Assembly (NCBI GenBank): GCA_036172245.1
Contig: JAYWIR010000031.1
Span: 1,302,001-1,366,000 of the forward strand
DNA length: 64,000 nt
Direction: 5' to 3'
Source: Raillietiella orientalis
Lineage: Eukaryota
The notes below the pieces were generated by a model that saw nothing but the letters and a program-made list of their open reading frames with translations, had not been told where the DNA came from and ran no database searches. Shown piece after piece: positions 49,000-61,999 of this stretch (position 1 is the first letter of the stretch; every line of letters begins with the position of its first letter). The translations under genes were made by a program, and so were the position numbers.

Positions 49000-50100
49000 A
49001 TTTTGTAATCAACATTGGCAAGCATGGGAAATTCAACCATTCCTTTTGGAGACAGCTAACCCTGAGAAAAAACTCGTACTATTTAAAAAAGCATAATCTG
49101 GGAAGGGATTTTAGTGTTTAAGCAATTTTACTTGAAAGATTACCGAGTCTTCACTCGTTAAATTAAATATGATGATATCTCACTGCTCGTTTATTTGGTT
49201 TGGAAGAAAGCTTGGTTCCCAAATAAGTCTCTGCTTGCATTCATTGAATTCCCACATTTTTACAGCATACGAAACCTCAAAGCCCATCTGAACAAAATTT
49301 GAATTTAAATCTATCGCGACAAGAGACAGAAGCGTCGCCACAGTTACGTCCCAGTCGATCACCGGAAAGCGTGCACTCTCAAACGGGAAGGAACTCTTCC
49401 GACTCTATCGAGAATTCAGGGTGTGCGCTGAATCTAAAAATGAAGACGTTGAGTGTTTAACATCATTTGGGCTTGAACATTATGATGATCAAAAAATTCT
49501 GTGCATCGTTGAATTGGTATTGTTTTTCTTTTTTTTGGGGGGGGGGGGGGAGGGGGGGGGACGCATTTCAGAAAACGGTTCTTGCACTAACATGCACGAT
49601 GACAACGCATTCTGCAATAAATTCGTTGAAAATTCGCTGCCTATTCATTCTGTCGCAAACATTTATTCTGATATTGAACCCAGATATGGATCTTTCGTTT
49701 CTTCTATCAATGATTTTTACCACGTTTCTGAACATATACGTAGAATCCCACCCCACTGGAAGGACTATTAGAAAAGATGCTCTGACTCAAGATGCTCCGA
49801 ATTCAAGGAGGTCGAATTTTTCATTGCCTATCGGACTTGTGAGGGCAAATGAAGATTTTTTTCTGTGCGTGTGTTGAATTTCAATGTAGAAATCGCAGCT
49901 GCTTTCCGATCTCGAAACGAATGGAGGAAGATGTGTCTTACACGAGCAGCCTGTAAGATGATCGTAATCTAATACTGAATGTCGGGGCATCTTAAAACGC
50001 GGGATGGGCAGAATCCTCGAGGTTTCTCTTTGAAAAGTTTTAAGAACAATGAAGGACGATTCCATTACTTATTACAACTCAAAAGAATCATAATTTATTC
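49000..50100 (-). mobile_element. Possible very decayed LINE fragment
   Basis: LVAIDLNSNFVQM (ID..KAFD.V, about 49310) and DYDHL (SDH position, about 49960). Weak. Confidence 0.25.
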
Positions 50101-50699
50101 TGGAATGATGACACTCTGATGACACTCTGCTTTTTTCACACGTAGATTAGCAATCAAATGTGGCATCCTTAATGAAACAAGAATTGTCACTTCCGTTGAA
50201 TTTTAAGAGTTCATCTCTTTGTGATGGAGCAGTTGCACTTGGGCTGTCTGCAGAAAGCAAAACAGGACAAAGAGAGCATTTTTCTCCCAGAACTCGTTCA
50301 TTGTACACACGTGAATGCAGAATTGGGAAAATGACACGTAAATGTGTTTGAGGTGAGGAAGGAGTTTGAAGGGGGGGGAGGGGGGAGGGCATGTAGATTG
50401 GGGGGGGGGGGCACTTTCGTAGAAGTATCAAGAATGGAATTTCTTAGCTAATTTTTTCTTTGCTAAAATGATAACCCAACGTTTCCATCGTTTGCATGGA
50501 ACTGAAAATTTCCAGGTGAAGTTTTCGCTTTCTTGAGCAAATCATCATTGTGGATTCGTCACGCATAATCACAGCATTTTTATTTTTAATGTATTGGGAT
50601 TTCGCATTGCTGACCACAGCTGCTAATCTAAGAAACTGATTTCAAATATGCAAATTTGAAGCTCTAACTGATTGTGCTCGTCAAATAATTTCGCTTTCA

Positions 50700-51330
50700 G
50701 CCCTTTGGCTTGAGTGCCTGGACAGAAAAGGCCCAGGCATGAGGAATGCCTCGAAAGTTACAAGAACAGTCTCGCAGAAGACCGTTGCTTCTTGAAAGAA
50801 ATCGCTCGAAATGCTTGAAACTGGGACCTTCGCTTCTATCTCCTCCATCCTTCAAGATAAGAGCTTGTCGGATGCGTATGCATCTGCAACAGAAGAGAGA
50901 TGGACAATTTGCAGGAAAAAAGTTTGCCACATTGGGGGGCAGAAATCTGCGTCCGAAAGATGTGGCTTTCGGTGTGGCCGCGTCCCATGTGAACTTGGGA
51001 ACGGTTTCCTAGGTGGCAGGGAATTGAAGAATCGGGACCAGAGCTCCGCTTACACCGAGCTCGTCAAAAGACACACACCCACGGGCGAGGGTGCGGAGCC
51101 GGAGCAGGACTGCACCAGACATCGAGCAAGAAAAGTGGAAGATTCGGGAACGAGAACGTGGAGTAGGAGCGAAATTTTCAGCTGTGGTAGCGAAAAGCTT
51201 CTCATCCTGGTGAGACAGCTGCCGAGAGAACGAAGGAAAAGGGTGCAGAACTTTGGAATTCCGAGTGGCTTAGAGCACAGCAAAATCACGAGTTGTATTT
51301 TTGTATTCACAGAAGGCTTTGATTGATTGG
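50700..51330 (+). mobile_element. Decayed LINE EN-RT linker fragment
   Basis: CLKLGPSLLSPPSF (WKLN.SLL..P.F, about 50815) followed by VKRHTPTGEGAE (RSR..W..EGE, about 51070). Confidence 0.4.
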
Positions 51331-51870
51331 CATTCAGGAAATAAGTCTGAAGCAGCCTTGAGAAGTGAACCTCAGGATTGTCAGAAACACTTGTAAAAAA
51401 AATCAATATCGAATTGCAAAAGCTGTAATACAAGGTGAGCAGAAAATTTTTCCCATGAGTTGGTCATACTTTTCAAGCCACGTTCCATCTGCCACAAGGA
51501 TCCTGCAAGGATCCTCCGTACATTTCTATGAACTAAGCTCTGGCAAGAAAAAATTACGCATGGTACCTTTGCATCTGATTCTGCTTTGATTCCTGATAAA
51601 CCGAGGATGAAATTCCGAACCCGTCCTCAGAATGAATCAGTATTTAAAGCTGACATCATAAATCGAGTGGCCACTGGGCAGGTGAACTGTCAGGATCCTC
51701 GACTCGGAGAAAAGATTGCACTCTGACGAAAAATTGGCAGGAGAAAACAGAGTGGTTTTCGGGAAGTGTTCAAGAACCGCATTTTCCGATAATAAACAAA
51801 AACCATTATTCCGTTAGGTGTTTTATTGAATCTCTGTTTTCATTACAAGTATTGCACGAAAGCGGAATGG

Positions 51871-52331
51871 TTAAGGAATTGAACGCAAGGAACTCTCATC
51901 AAATAAGCACTGCAGGAAGATAAGGCATCTGTCTTGGGCATTTTCTTTAACTTGGACCATCCCAGTTTTACTTTTTCGATTCCTGGGTAGTTTTGTCTCT
52001 TCCACTTTGTCCTGTTATGGAAGCAGAGATTAAAGGAAACGGCACGATGCTGAATATCATTCATACCTTCGATTCTGATACCAAGTTTTCACTTGAATTT
52101 CGCTCAAGTTCAAAACTTTCGCCACCTGATTTCTCTCTGGTGCACTCAGATACTTCTGCAAATGGAATCGATTCTCCAGAAACACCAACTGGGATTGGGT
52201 AAAAGTGGTCCTCTTCCGACGTGGCTTCTTGGATTTTTTGTACTTGCCGGACTCCTGCTTGCATTCCTTCGCAGCCCAGGAACGCATAGAAGATTTGCTC
52301 AACTCGTCGCATCTACTCGTCCCATCATTTT
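51871..52331 (-). CDS. NK-like (Bar-related) homeobox gene, most similar to the invertebrate Bari family; 3' exons only
   Basis: Exons 52331-52067, 52011-51972 and probably 51909-51871 (GT-AG introns of 55 and 62 nt). Spliced homeodomain [53 protein letters not shown]^TKWKRQN; WYQNRR with Tyr49 marks the Bar-related group; AATAAA near 51825. 5' exons unresolved (candidate 52470-52391). Confidence 0.88.
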
Positions 52332-52699
52332 CTAAAATGCATTTGATTGGAAGGTAAGAAAGTCATCTTTGCGAAACTGCATCGCCCTACGTGGCTCTGA
52401 TTCTGAACTCTGGTACTGAAATCTAGTACATCCGCATTCTGAAGTCTTTGGAACGAGTGTATATTGGTTCCTACAGTACAAGAATTGCTTTCTCGTGCTT
52501 AACGTTCGATAGGCAAAAAAATATGCTCGCAGTCCGTGAATTCAAATGTTTCGTAGTCTCGCAGGCCGCAGTTGACATGCTCGAAAATGCTCCGCCTAAT
52601 CTGTTGAGAGCACATTTCCCTTCAGATTCCTGCAAGCGGATTCTTGTTGTGATCCAGTTTTGCCAAACACCGATTCGTGCCTGTGTTCAAGAGACTCAA

Positions 52700-54610
52700 A
52701 CATGCCACCTCCAGAGTACAAACCATACTTTCCAAAGAATTGCAGGGACTAGCTGGGACCACCCGTGGGAAGCAGGCAGACGGAATGATCGACAAAAGCA
52801 GTTAAAGAACTAGTTTGTCTCCTATTCAGGGCATGGGCGTGTGCCCTCATACGGGTTTGCTGTGCCCTTGGATTCGATCTTCATCAATTCTCTGTAGCCG
52901 GAAACGCCACAAACAGCAAAGCATGAAAACTCCATTAGAGTATCATGAACTCGGGCAAGTCGCCATGCAAAATGTAGATTTAATTTCCCCAAAGAATTCT
53001 CGGACTATTTGAGATCAAAAACTCGTACTGCTGAATTTAACGAACAAAGGAGGTGGTCTTCGTCTATTTAACCCTTTGAGTGCCATGGATGCATAGATGG
53101 GTTCGTAGAATGGAATATGGACTCACATGTGCGTTCGGCAAATGTCTTTTTTACCGTACTCTCGCGACGTAAGTTAACACTAAACATTCGTGTTTGGGAT
53201 GGGCACATATATACTTGCGTTCTTATAAAATTACCCTTAGCAGCGACAGTAAGCAACATTCTGTCTGTATAGGCCAAGTATGCTCGGTTTTTCAGAGAAT
53301 CTCTGGAAAACCAAGAATTCTATTTAGTATGGTATAAATAAACAGTTGCAGCAGTTACTTCATCAGCACTTTATGTAGTCAATGGGTACCTCGATCGGCA
53401 CGCGAGATAGCATTCCGTCCACAGAGGTCGTCAACGCAGAAGCTTCCAATGTGATGACCTCCGCACCCAAATGGTTAAAGCATCGGTATGCTCGAGGATA
53501 TTTACCTAATATTTTATCACACACCATAGCCTACAAGCTGCCTTCCCCTTCGTGGCCTTCCGTTGTTAGGGTCCTAGGGTTGCATGGTAAGTATCCGTGC
53601 AAACTATCCCAAGATTGTGTGATGGTAACTACTGTGAAATGATTTTTTCTCTAAGTTCGAACCCAGAATACGGAGTGTCGGTTTTGCTGAATCAACTTGG
53701 TTCTTTGTGGAACTGAAATGAAACTACTCGACTCCATGTCCCAGTTGCACTGAACATCGATCCTTGATCGATCTGTTAGCTTTCCTGAAAATTCCTGAAT
53801 TTGCCCCTATGATTTTTAGAAATGATGCAAGGGACCTAGGAAACTCAACAGTTTGCTTGGTTTGCTGATTCCGACGAAGATTTATTTTCTGAAAGGTAGA
53901 CTTGACTGGAAGCCTTCTGCTCTTAGCAGGATTAGTCTCACCAGCTGAAGAAAATACAAGGGAACAGAGTTTTTTTTTGCCAGTTTCGTTCCTGATGGAT
54001 TTTGTAAGTTACAAGATGATGCAGTCTCTGCACCACAAACCAATTCGCTCACATATCCTATGAACCACACATTAATCGTTACCATTACCGAGGAAGATTG
54101 GAAGCACATGCATCTTTTCTAACACGTGCCGAAAAGAAAACCACGATTCACCTCCCGAGAATATGAAAAGGGGGATATTCTTGGGAAGCAGGAATCAAGA
54201 ACATGGGAATCACGGAGTCTTTGATGTACGGACCCGGGAAACAAAACAAGGATTCTCAATGGACCACTTGCGAGCACCTAATATGAAGAAATTAGTGCGG
54301 ATGCTTGTTCTACTCCATACGCAATTTCTTTCCGGAGGCGGTGTATCTTTCGATTATTCCCCCCATTTTGAAACCCCAAAATTATTCGAAACCTTGTTGG
54401 CATATTTCTGGTCTAACCTCGTAGGCATGTTTTCATCTATAAGGTGGCTGCGCGGTTTTGTTCTCATGATCTCTCTACGCACCTTCGGATCCCAATTTTT
54501 CTACCGGATTTTTATTTGGAAAGAAAAAAAATCCTTTCTTACGCTTCTGAATCGTCATCGAGAATTATGGGGAAATCAAGGAAGTACGAGGAAATTGCGG
54601 ATATGAAAAA
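52700..54610 (+). mobile_element. Very decayed LINE ORF2 remnant
   Basis: STEVVNAEAS...RYARGYLPNIL (V.VNG..S...G.RQG..LSP.L, about 53420-53515); HFETPKLF...FWSNL and IFIWKE (C-terminal region, about 54365-54525). Confidence 0.4.
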
Positions 54611-56899
54611 GCATGACATGAAAATAAATCTTTCCGTGAAAACCAAAAGCGATTTTTCACTGACTGTTTCTTTTGTTTGTTTGTTTTTGTTTTTTGTTCT
54701 CTTTTTTTTGCTTGTTGTGTCCAACTGTTTCTTAGGAAGTGATGAAATGAGCATCTGATGCCTTAAGAATACTTGGCTTTTCTTTATTTTGTAAAGATGA
54801 ATCCTTATTCTATAAGGATGCTCATTTTCTTCGGGTCCTCATCGACTTCTCACTCTTGAATGGTACGCCAAGAAGCGGACATGGCTGTGCCTCATTCGCT
54901 TCTTGATGTCATCTTCAGCGTACACTTGTACCCCTCTGCGCTCGCACGATTTCTCCATGAGAAAGTGTACCATTACGGTTTCAGCGACCTTCGTATACGT
55001 GCTGCGAACGTTGCTCCGTGTCCAATTCAAAGAATGCCTCTAGAATTATGTTCTTCCTCAGGAGCATTTTAGAACTTGGAGCATCGTGTACACATGTGTT
55101 TTGCTCATAAGTTCTTCGCTCCTTGCGCCTAATTGCGCTCCCACTGTACACTGGTGCCGTTGGAAATCACCTTCACTATATTTTGCTTCAAGTTACTTCT
55201 GATGGCTTTTGCTAGCGGCTTTGTTGGCTGCGAGAAGATGGATGCCGATAGGTAGGATAATGATGATGAGAGTAGGAAATGAGTAGGATGATGGTGTTGC
55301 TTTCAGAGAGGCGGAATGGTGTCTCAAGGAAAAAGAGATCGAATGGAGTTTATCACGATCGTTTTGCGTATGTGCTTGGCAGAGAGAAGGGGATAAGGAG
55401 ATGATTGTAGGAGGACGATTTTGAGATGGATTCCGTGATTTCCCTGATACTGAATAAATCCTAGGAACGTTGTTGGCTACTGTAGCATTTGAGGAAAATG
55501 CATGCTGGACCAATTAATTCTGAATGCAAGAGCATGCTGATACGCTCAAACACGAAGAGATGTAAACGGAGTGGGTACGAGATTTAATGAGGAGGGGATT
55601 ACGCAGTTAGAAATTTTACAGCAAATCTTTTCTGAAACGGTTCGGTGACGGTGGCGAGCAGATGTGCCAAAATTCGAAAGGTTCCTGTGTGATTGGTTTG
55701 ATGACTCAATTCAGGGAGTTTGTAATGATTGGAAGGGTTATAGTTTCATTGGGGTAGTTAGTATCATATATTAAGGGGCGATAGGGAGGATTGAAACTGT
55801 CGTGAAAAAAAAAAGGGGGGGGCAAAGGGGTAGTGGGATAAGGGATTGCTTATCCTGCATTACGTCGTGAGGGGTGTTTACGCGTTGAGTTTAGCGATGA
55901 AAGGATTAATTTACCGCACCTCAAGAAGTGGCTCGACGATTCGGGGGGGGAGAGTGAGGAGTGGGAAACTGCAGTGCTGCTGAACTCCCAGGCGGCGGGA
56001 TTTCATGCAGAGGATCTAAAAAAATTTCTTCCACGGTATCAAAAGCGTTTGGAAAAAAAATGGGGACTACGTGGAAGAATGACACGGGGGTGTACGCGTT
56101 TCGACCCACCAATACACTTTTGTTTCTCTTGTTTGTCCCTTCTTTATATCCGATCGGCTCTTACTTTTGAGATGCATCTCGTAGATGAATCCTACTGAGC
56201 GCATTATCCCTCCATAGTTCAGGTCTCGTCGGCTTCACTTGTAGGAACGCAATTCTCTCGGTGCTTTCGCCAGTGTTTGTTACTTTGGACGGAGTAGGGA
56301 AAGTACACCACATCCAGGCATTGCTTGCTGATCCTCAAGAGCAAGAAACGAGATCGCCGTTCTCGGTCACGGTGCTTCATTTGGACCGAATTCTCACCTT
56401 AATTCTAAACATCCAAAGAGTGCAACTGGTATTGAGAGGCAGCGCCCGTAGCACTGGGATGTTTTTTTTTTTTCTTTTTCCTTTTCAAAGTTCCTCATAT
56501 TTCTGGGGAACGGAAAGCATAGAATGTGTCTGAATGAAACTAAATAATGGAGCATTGCAGAGAAACTAGCAGGATACCGGGTGCGTCGGGTTCCCACGAA
56601 GTGAATGGAGTTCAAGAGACGCACAGGTCAACAAAATAAAAAGCAACTCCCTCTTTTGTTCTACACGAGTAGACAGTCGTTGGTGTCACTTGCAGATATG
56701 TTCCTTGGGAACCAAACTGCTGCTTCTGAAAGATGCAAACATTCACGAAGCGGGAGATGTACCCAATCAGCGATCTTCTGGCTGCAACTTTGTGATGAAG
56801 CCGGAATGAGCTTACAGAGCAAAGGTGCAGAAGAAGCAAACATAATAAACGAAAGGATTCACCAAACGATTGCTCTCTCTGAATGACATCGCTTGCAAG

Positions 56900-58800
56900 C
56901 TACATTGTATGGATGCGAGAATTTCCATGAATTCCGGTCAAGTGAGAGACCGACCCTCTTCATTCAGCAATAGTCCGAATTCACTACCTCATAACTTAAC
57001 TCATGATCCGGGTAAAAAATTAACAGGTTCATGGGCACCAAGGATCTTGTTCCTAGGTTTCTTTTTCTACGAAATAATACACATTCAGCAAACCAGAATA
57101 AGCCCTAGTCTCCAATCCAACTCCCCTAGCCTTCCTTTCAATATTCTAACCAACCCGTCTACCTAACCTAACTTAACCTTTCTCCATAGAAATGCCACGT
57201 CTCAACATAACTATATTCTTTATAGCAGGCATTTCAATAACCTGATCTCCTTACTCCTTTCTAAAAAGCAAGTTTTCATCTGTATCTATTCCTGTAATTT
57301 ATTCCAGCTATCATTAGTCTCGTATTCGCTTCCATGCGATTCACAAAACGCCTGATGCTCAGATTTACTATTGTACACTTGAATTTTTCATCTCTGCTGG
57401 ACCTGTTTACGAACAGCTGCTGGCCTCATCGACTTTTCTCTATCTCAAGCTTATACCCTATCAGTCACGAACATTTCTAGATTTTGTCCCTATGAACTGT
57501 CCCCTGATACTGGCACTTCGTAGATGTTTGTTTTTTCTTCGTGTTCATGTAATCTATGGTCATATGCTTTTAGCATACGAAGTACAAACAGGCAGCTCTT
57601 AATTAGTGAGATATGAAGTAGTGATTCGAGCAGTTATTCTCTCTCGAAAAACTCGACACGTCATGCCTTCACGAAGCAAATAATGAGAATACAAATGCAC
57701 TTTTGCATTGAGTTTGCACCTACTACCAGCAATGATGTCCAGCGACCAATTCCATCATCCTCACGATCAAAAATTAGAGCCGATGACTCAAGAACGTTTG
57801 TCTCGAGAACGAAAAGTTTCCGTAGTGGTCTGTCATCGTGTTTTCTCATCAGCCATGGAAACAGCACTTGTGGAGCATCACTGACCAAGTACCGATCAGC
57901 CAAGCGAACGAAATGTGGGCGACCACTTCTGATCCTTACATGGCAGCCACACCATCAGACCTTCCGAAGGAAACTGATTCGGCCCGCCCAAAAAGGAAGG
58001 TGGAAATGAAAGCGTGGCCGTGGCCTTTCGTTTCCTACTTTGTTCTTCTCAACACTAGAATCAGCATATAGCATCTTGTAAGCACGTGCACGAGTCTTTC
58101 ATTCAATACTCTGGTCATTCGATGGGTTTGAACGAAGAACGAAATCGGCAAACGTTTTAAAAGTCTGATGAAATTTACTGCTTCACTTTGGAAGTGTAAT
58201 TTTACTTTTCTCTACACAACTGGATGCGTACTTTGAGCTAGTGAACTGAAGATCGTGTAGCCTTCATCTCCTCTGCTTCAAACTGCTGTCCTTAAAGCAA
58301 GGAGACATGCGTTTCTCATCAGGTGTGTTTCTAATATGTTCGCATATCAGAAGCACATCCGATGAACATGAGAGTTCATTCATTTCCTATTCCTTCCGAA
58401 AATTCCGTCTTTTACATTTCAGTAATTTGAGGATCGATGCAAAGGTTTGAACAAATGAAAGCAAAGAGACATTGCTGAAGAGTAATGCATGGAACTAAAG
58501 GCAAAATAAATGCACGTCGAATTAAGCAAGTCTAAGAGTCCTTGGAAAACTCCACGAACATCATCAAAGCTGAATTGAGATCCAGATCTTCACCTCTCTT
58601 GTTTACATTGTGTCCCATCGAGAAGACAGGGAGGGCTTACCTCACCTCGATAGGATCACGCAGCTGGTACTTACTACGTGACAACTGTCTTGAGAAACCG
58701 TTGGGATAAATCCCGCAGGGCAGCCGAGCTGGGAGAATAGCACTGTCAGTTGTGTCATCAAAACCAGTCGCAAGTCAGCAGCGGCAAACAGCTGTACCAA
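56900..58800 (+). mobile_element. Very decayed LINE RT-to-zf-RVT remnant
   Basis: LIDFSLSQAY (about 57425), KIRADDSRTFVS (YADD, about 57775), CLHC...EGLPHL (about 58600-58650). Confidence 0.45.
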
Positions 58801-59499
58801 GCAGCCATTAGGAGCTTCCCGATAGACCTTGCAATTATTGCACCGGGGTTTCGGAGATGCAAAGCTACGATGGGAAACCTTACCCCAGTTTTTGGTTCCC
58901 CGTCCCTTTCACTACTTGAAAAGAAATAATGAGAATGTTTGTGCGTGTGTGTGTGATTGCGTATCGCAAATCTCGCAAAGAATCCAGCAAAACACAGCAT
59001 GGCATCTCATAGTTAGGTGTCCTTCTATGCAACATTTGCATCCCAATGAGGAAATGCATTTGCAGCATAACTTTGATTTTTCTTTAAAAAAAAACACACA
59101 CACGCACATACACAAAGAACATGCTTATGTAATACTCTGAGAATGGCCCGTTCGAAATGGTGCGTATTTCTGAACGCTAGACTCGGACAATGTGTATGTA
59201 CCACGAAATGATGCTGCATCAGCATGCAGTTTGAAGAGCATGGGATTCTAAAATGAAATCCTCTTCAAATCAGCATTGATAAAACAATGTGGAACGGATT
59301 TCTAACGATCCTTAGTAATGATGTACTGAAAATCGAAGATTCTCAATACATCATTGTTTTATCAGTTCATTAACTGCATCGTAAGCATAGCCCATTAAAA
59401 TGTCTAAGTGTTGTCAAGATGAGAGAAGAAAAGAGTAGACTTCTAAAAATTTCGTTGCAAAGTTTCATTTCATCCTAATGCTTCGACATCAGTTTTACT

Positions 59500-61100
59500 T
59501 CAGCTGACAATCCAAAATGGATTTTCAATTACATTACATTAATGGATGGTGTTAGCTTGGCATCGGGAAAGGAGATGCTTTCATTCAAAGCCTGGCTTGT
59601 TTTCTTCTCTGTTCTGCTCCTTCAGTGCTGAAGAAGGTGTAGCTGCCACCACTGATGAATCAGTGTAATAAGTCCACTGAATATAACATTCAGTTTAGGA
59701 ATTCTTTTTACTAGCAACCCAGCCCTTTGCTGGACTGCGGGCAGCCCGATAACAGTGCGTGACTTCGAAAAACAAGAATTCAATTTCTTTTCCTAGAATC
59801 TGTTAGAATTCTGAACGCTTAACACTTTCGTGAATTTGCGTCTCACTATTCGAAAGACGGATCCTCAAGCATGGTCACCGAAAGAGAATGCCTGATTGAC
59901 CGTTCACATATGATTTCTGCAGTGGTGCTTTCGCCAGTTGCAGTTCTGACGTTCTCAACATCCTGGAAGCGACTTCTCAGTAGAATCTTACTGGCAGTGA
60001 CTGTCTCCATTTTGAAGCATTCATACGGAAAATCCCTAAAACGCAGAGCTGAAAATGTAGATAGAATCTAGCAAATCCATGCAAGCATCTAAAAGGTGGA
60101 CTATAGTGGATTGCGGAAGAGCGTGGTTCCTCCCCTAGGAATTTAGTGATAGATGGTCTGCCTGTCGGTGTCTGGTGTTTTAATTTTTCTCGGGAATTCT
60201 AGCGAATCTTTAAGAATAGCTTAAAACTTCGTGCTTCTCTTTCCTGAAGCTGAAGTCGTTGAGTCCGGACAAACAGTTTTCGTGCTGTTTGACGCAACGT
60301 CAGCAACTGTTTTCCAGGAGAGAAACGCTGTTTACAAAATGCTGATCCATCACCTAAATAAAACCAACATCGTGTGATTTGAGCTTTATAATTTTCTGTT
60401 CCCTTCTTGTTATAAAATCTTGGTTAAGAGCTTCATTCATAATTATTCATTATCAGGAACGTGGTGTTTCAACTCCACAGGAAATTTCCAAAAACCCTCA
60501 TTTGCTCTATTAAACGATTACCTCTCCATTCATCTCGCTATCCTTTGGCGCTCTAGGATGTGTTTGGATTTTGGATTATGCATTTGCGCCGGACGATGGA
60601 TATTATCCCTCCCATAATTCCACAACTCGGGTCAATTCCGCGATGCTTGCAAATGGCGAATCTCAAAACTAAGCTGATTAATTATGTTAACGGGCTTCTT
60701 TCTGGTGAAAATGACAGAGTAACACTGATGACTGAGCTCACCATCTTTATTTAGTCTTCCCCATCCGTGATATTGTTTGTGGAGGACTTCGGCCAATTTA
60801 TGACGTGTTGATCTTGGAGTAATCTCAATAGCCTGTCCCAATTGTGAAGGAGGATTTACGGATACACATTTGTTCTTACCGATCATTGATAGTCTTTCAA
60901 AATGTTGTTTTTTTTTCAAATGCTGCAGCAGCCAGGTGTGAAATATTCGAGTTTACAAAATTTGCTGCTGGAAGTAATCGAACTTCGTTTACTTTTTCTA
61001 ACCCTCCGTATCCCAAGAAATTTTTATGGAAGAAACCTTTCATCGTGCCATTGTTCTCTTACATCCTTTAATCATGAGATGTGAATTATTGGGATCACTT
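59500..61100 (+). mobile_element. Decayed LINE RT remnant
   Basis: IDGLPVGVW (PG.DGLP.EF, about 60150), KPSFALLNDYLSIHLAIL (RPISLLN.DYKI.A..L, about 60495), CICAGRWI (about 60580). Confidence 0.55.
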
Positions 61101-61632
61101 CAGTGACGCAGTTGCATAACCCTCCAGATGCAATATGCTCCGAGGAATAGACTGCACTGACTCCATGAAACGTGTTTCAGATAACGTACGGATCTAATGA
61201 ATGATCATATGACCTGGCGATTCTCTTGATTGATGATTTGCTTTACTGATTTTTCCTTTTTTTATTGATGTTTCAAGCTCCTGAGTCTACCAAAGTTCGC
61301 GTTTTTTCGTCATACGGATGATGATTATTCCAGGAAGATTTCCCCTGTCGAAACAGGTTTTGATCTCCTGGAATATTCCTCCTTTCTCATTTCAACCCAG
61401 TTGCTGACGTTGTGTCAAACAGCATGAGAACTGTTTGTCCGGACTCAACGACTTCAACTTCAGGAAAGAGAAGCAGGAAGTCCAAGCTATTCTTGAAGAT
61501 TCGCTAGAATTCCCGAGAAAAATTAAAACACCAGACACCGACAGGCAGACCATCTATCACTAAATTCCTAGGGAGGAACCACGCTCTTCCGCAATCCACT
61601 ATAGTCCACCTTTTAGATGTTTGCATGGATTT
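60073..61632. repeat. Long inverted repeat: arms 60073-60309 and 61398-61632, spacer about 1.09 kb
   Basis: Manual reverse-complement comparison gives about 11 differences over 237 nt, only 2 of them in the first 135 nt. Confidence 0.95.
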
Positions 61633-61800
61633 TCTTGATTCCAGTCCCGACCATGCAGGAAATGCATTTGCACAGATTTGGATACTGAATCTAATCCCAC
61701 CGTGTTTTTCTGACTCCCCATTTTCGTCGGAGACAGCAACGGATGACGAGATTAATGGCGACAGCATTCTGAGTTGTACATTCATGTTAGTAGGTACATT
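61200..61800 (-). mobile_element. Decayed LINE fragment, inverted partner of the 59.5-61.1 kb copy
   Basis: ORF 61504..61785 contains WFLPRNLVIDGLPVGVW; weaker similarity continues beyond the inverted-repeat arm. Confidence 0.5.
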
Positions 61801-61999
61801 TTTAAAAATTTCCTCCTAACATTAATACCTTAAGTAATAATATATGAGAGATGTAAAAGCAGATGGATGGCATGCTGTTAGGCATGCGTTTTCCTAGCTG
61901 TGTGCGCGCATTTCAAAGGGTCGTACGGTGACGTAATAACGTGATGCTGTGACACATTACCGTGACGCACCGTGAAACAGCCTCAGATGAGTTGCCGAA

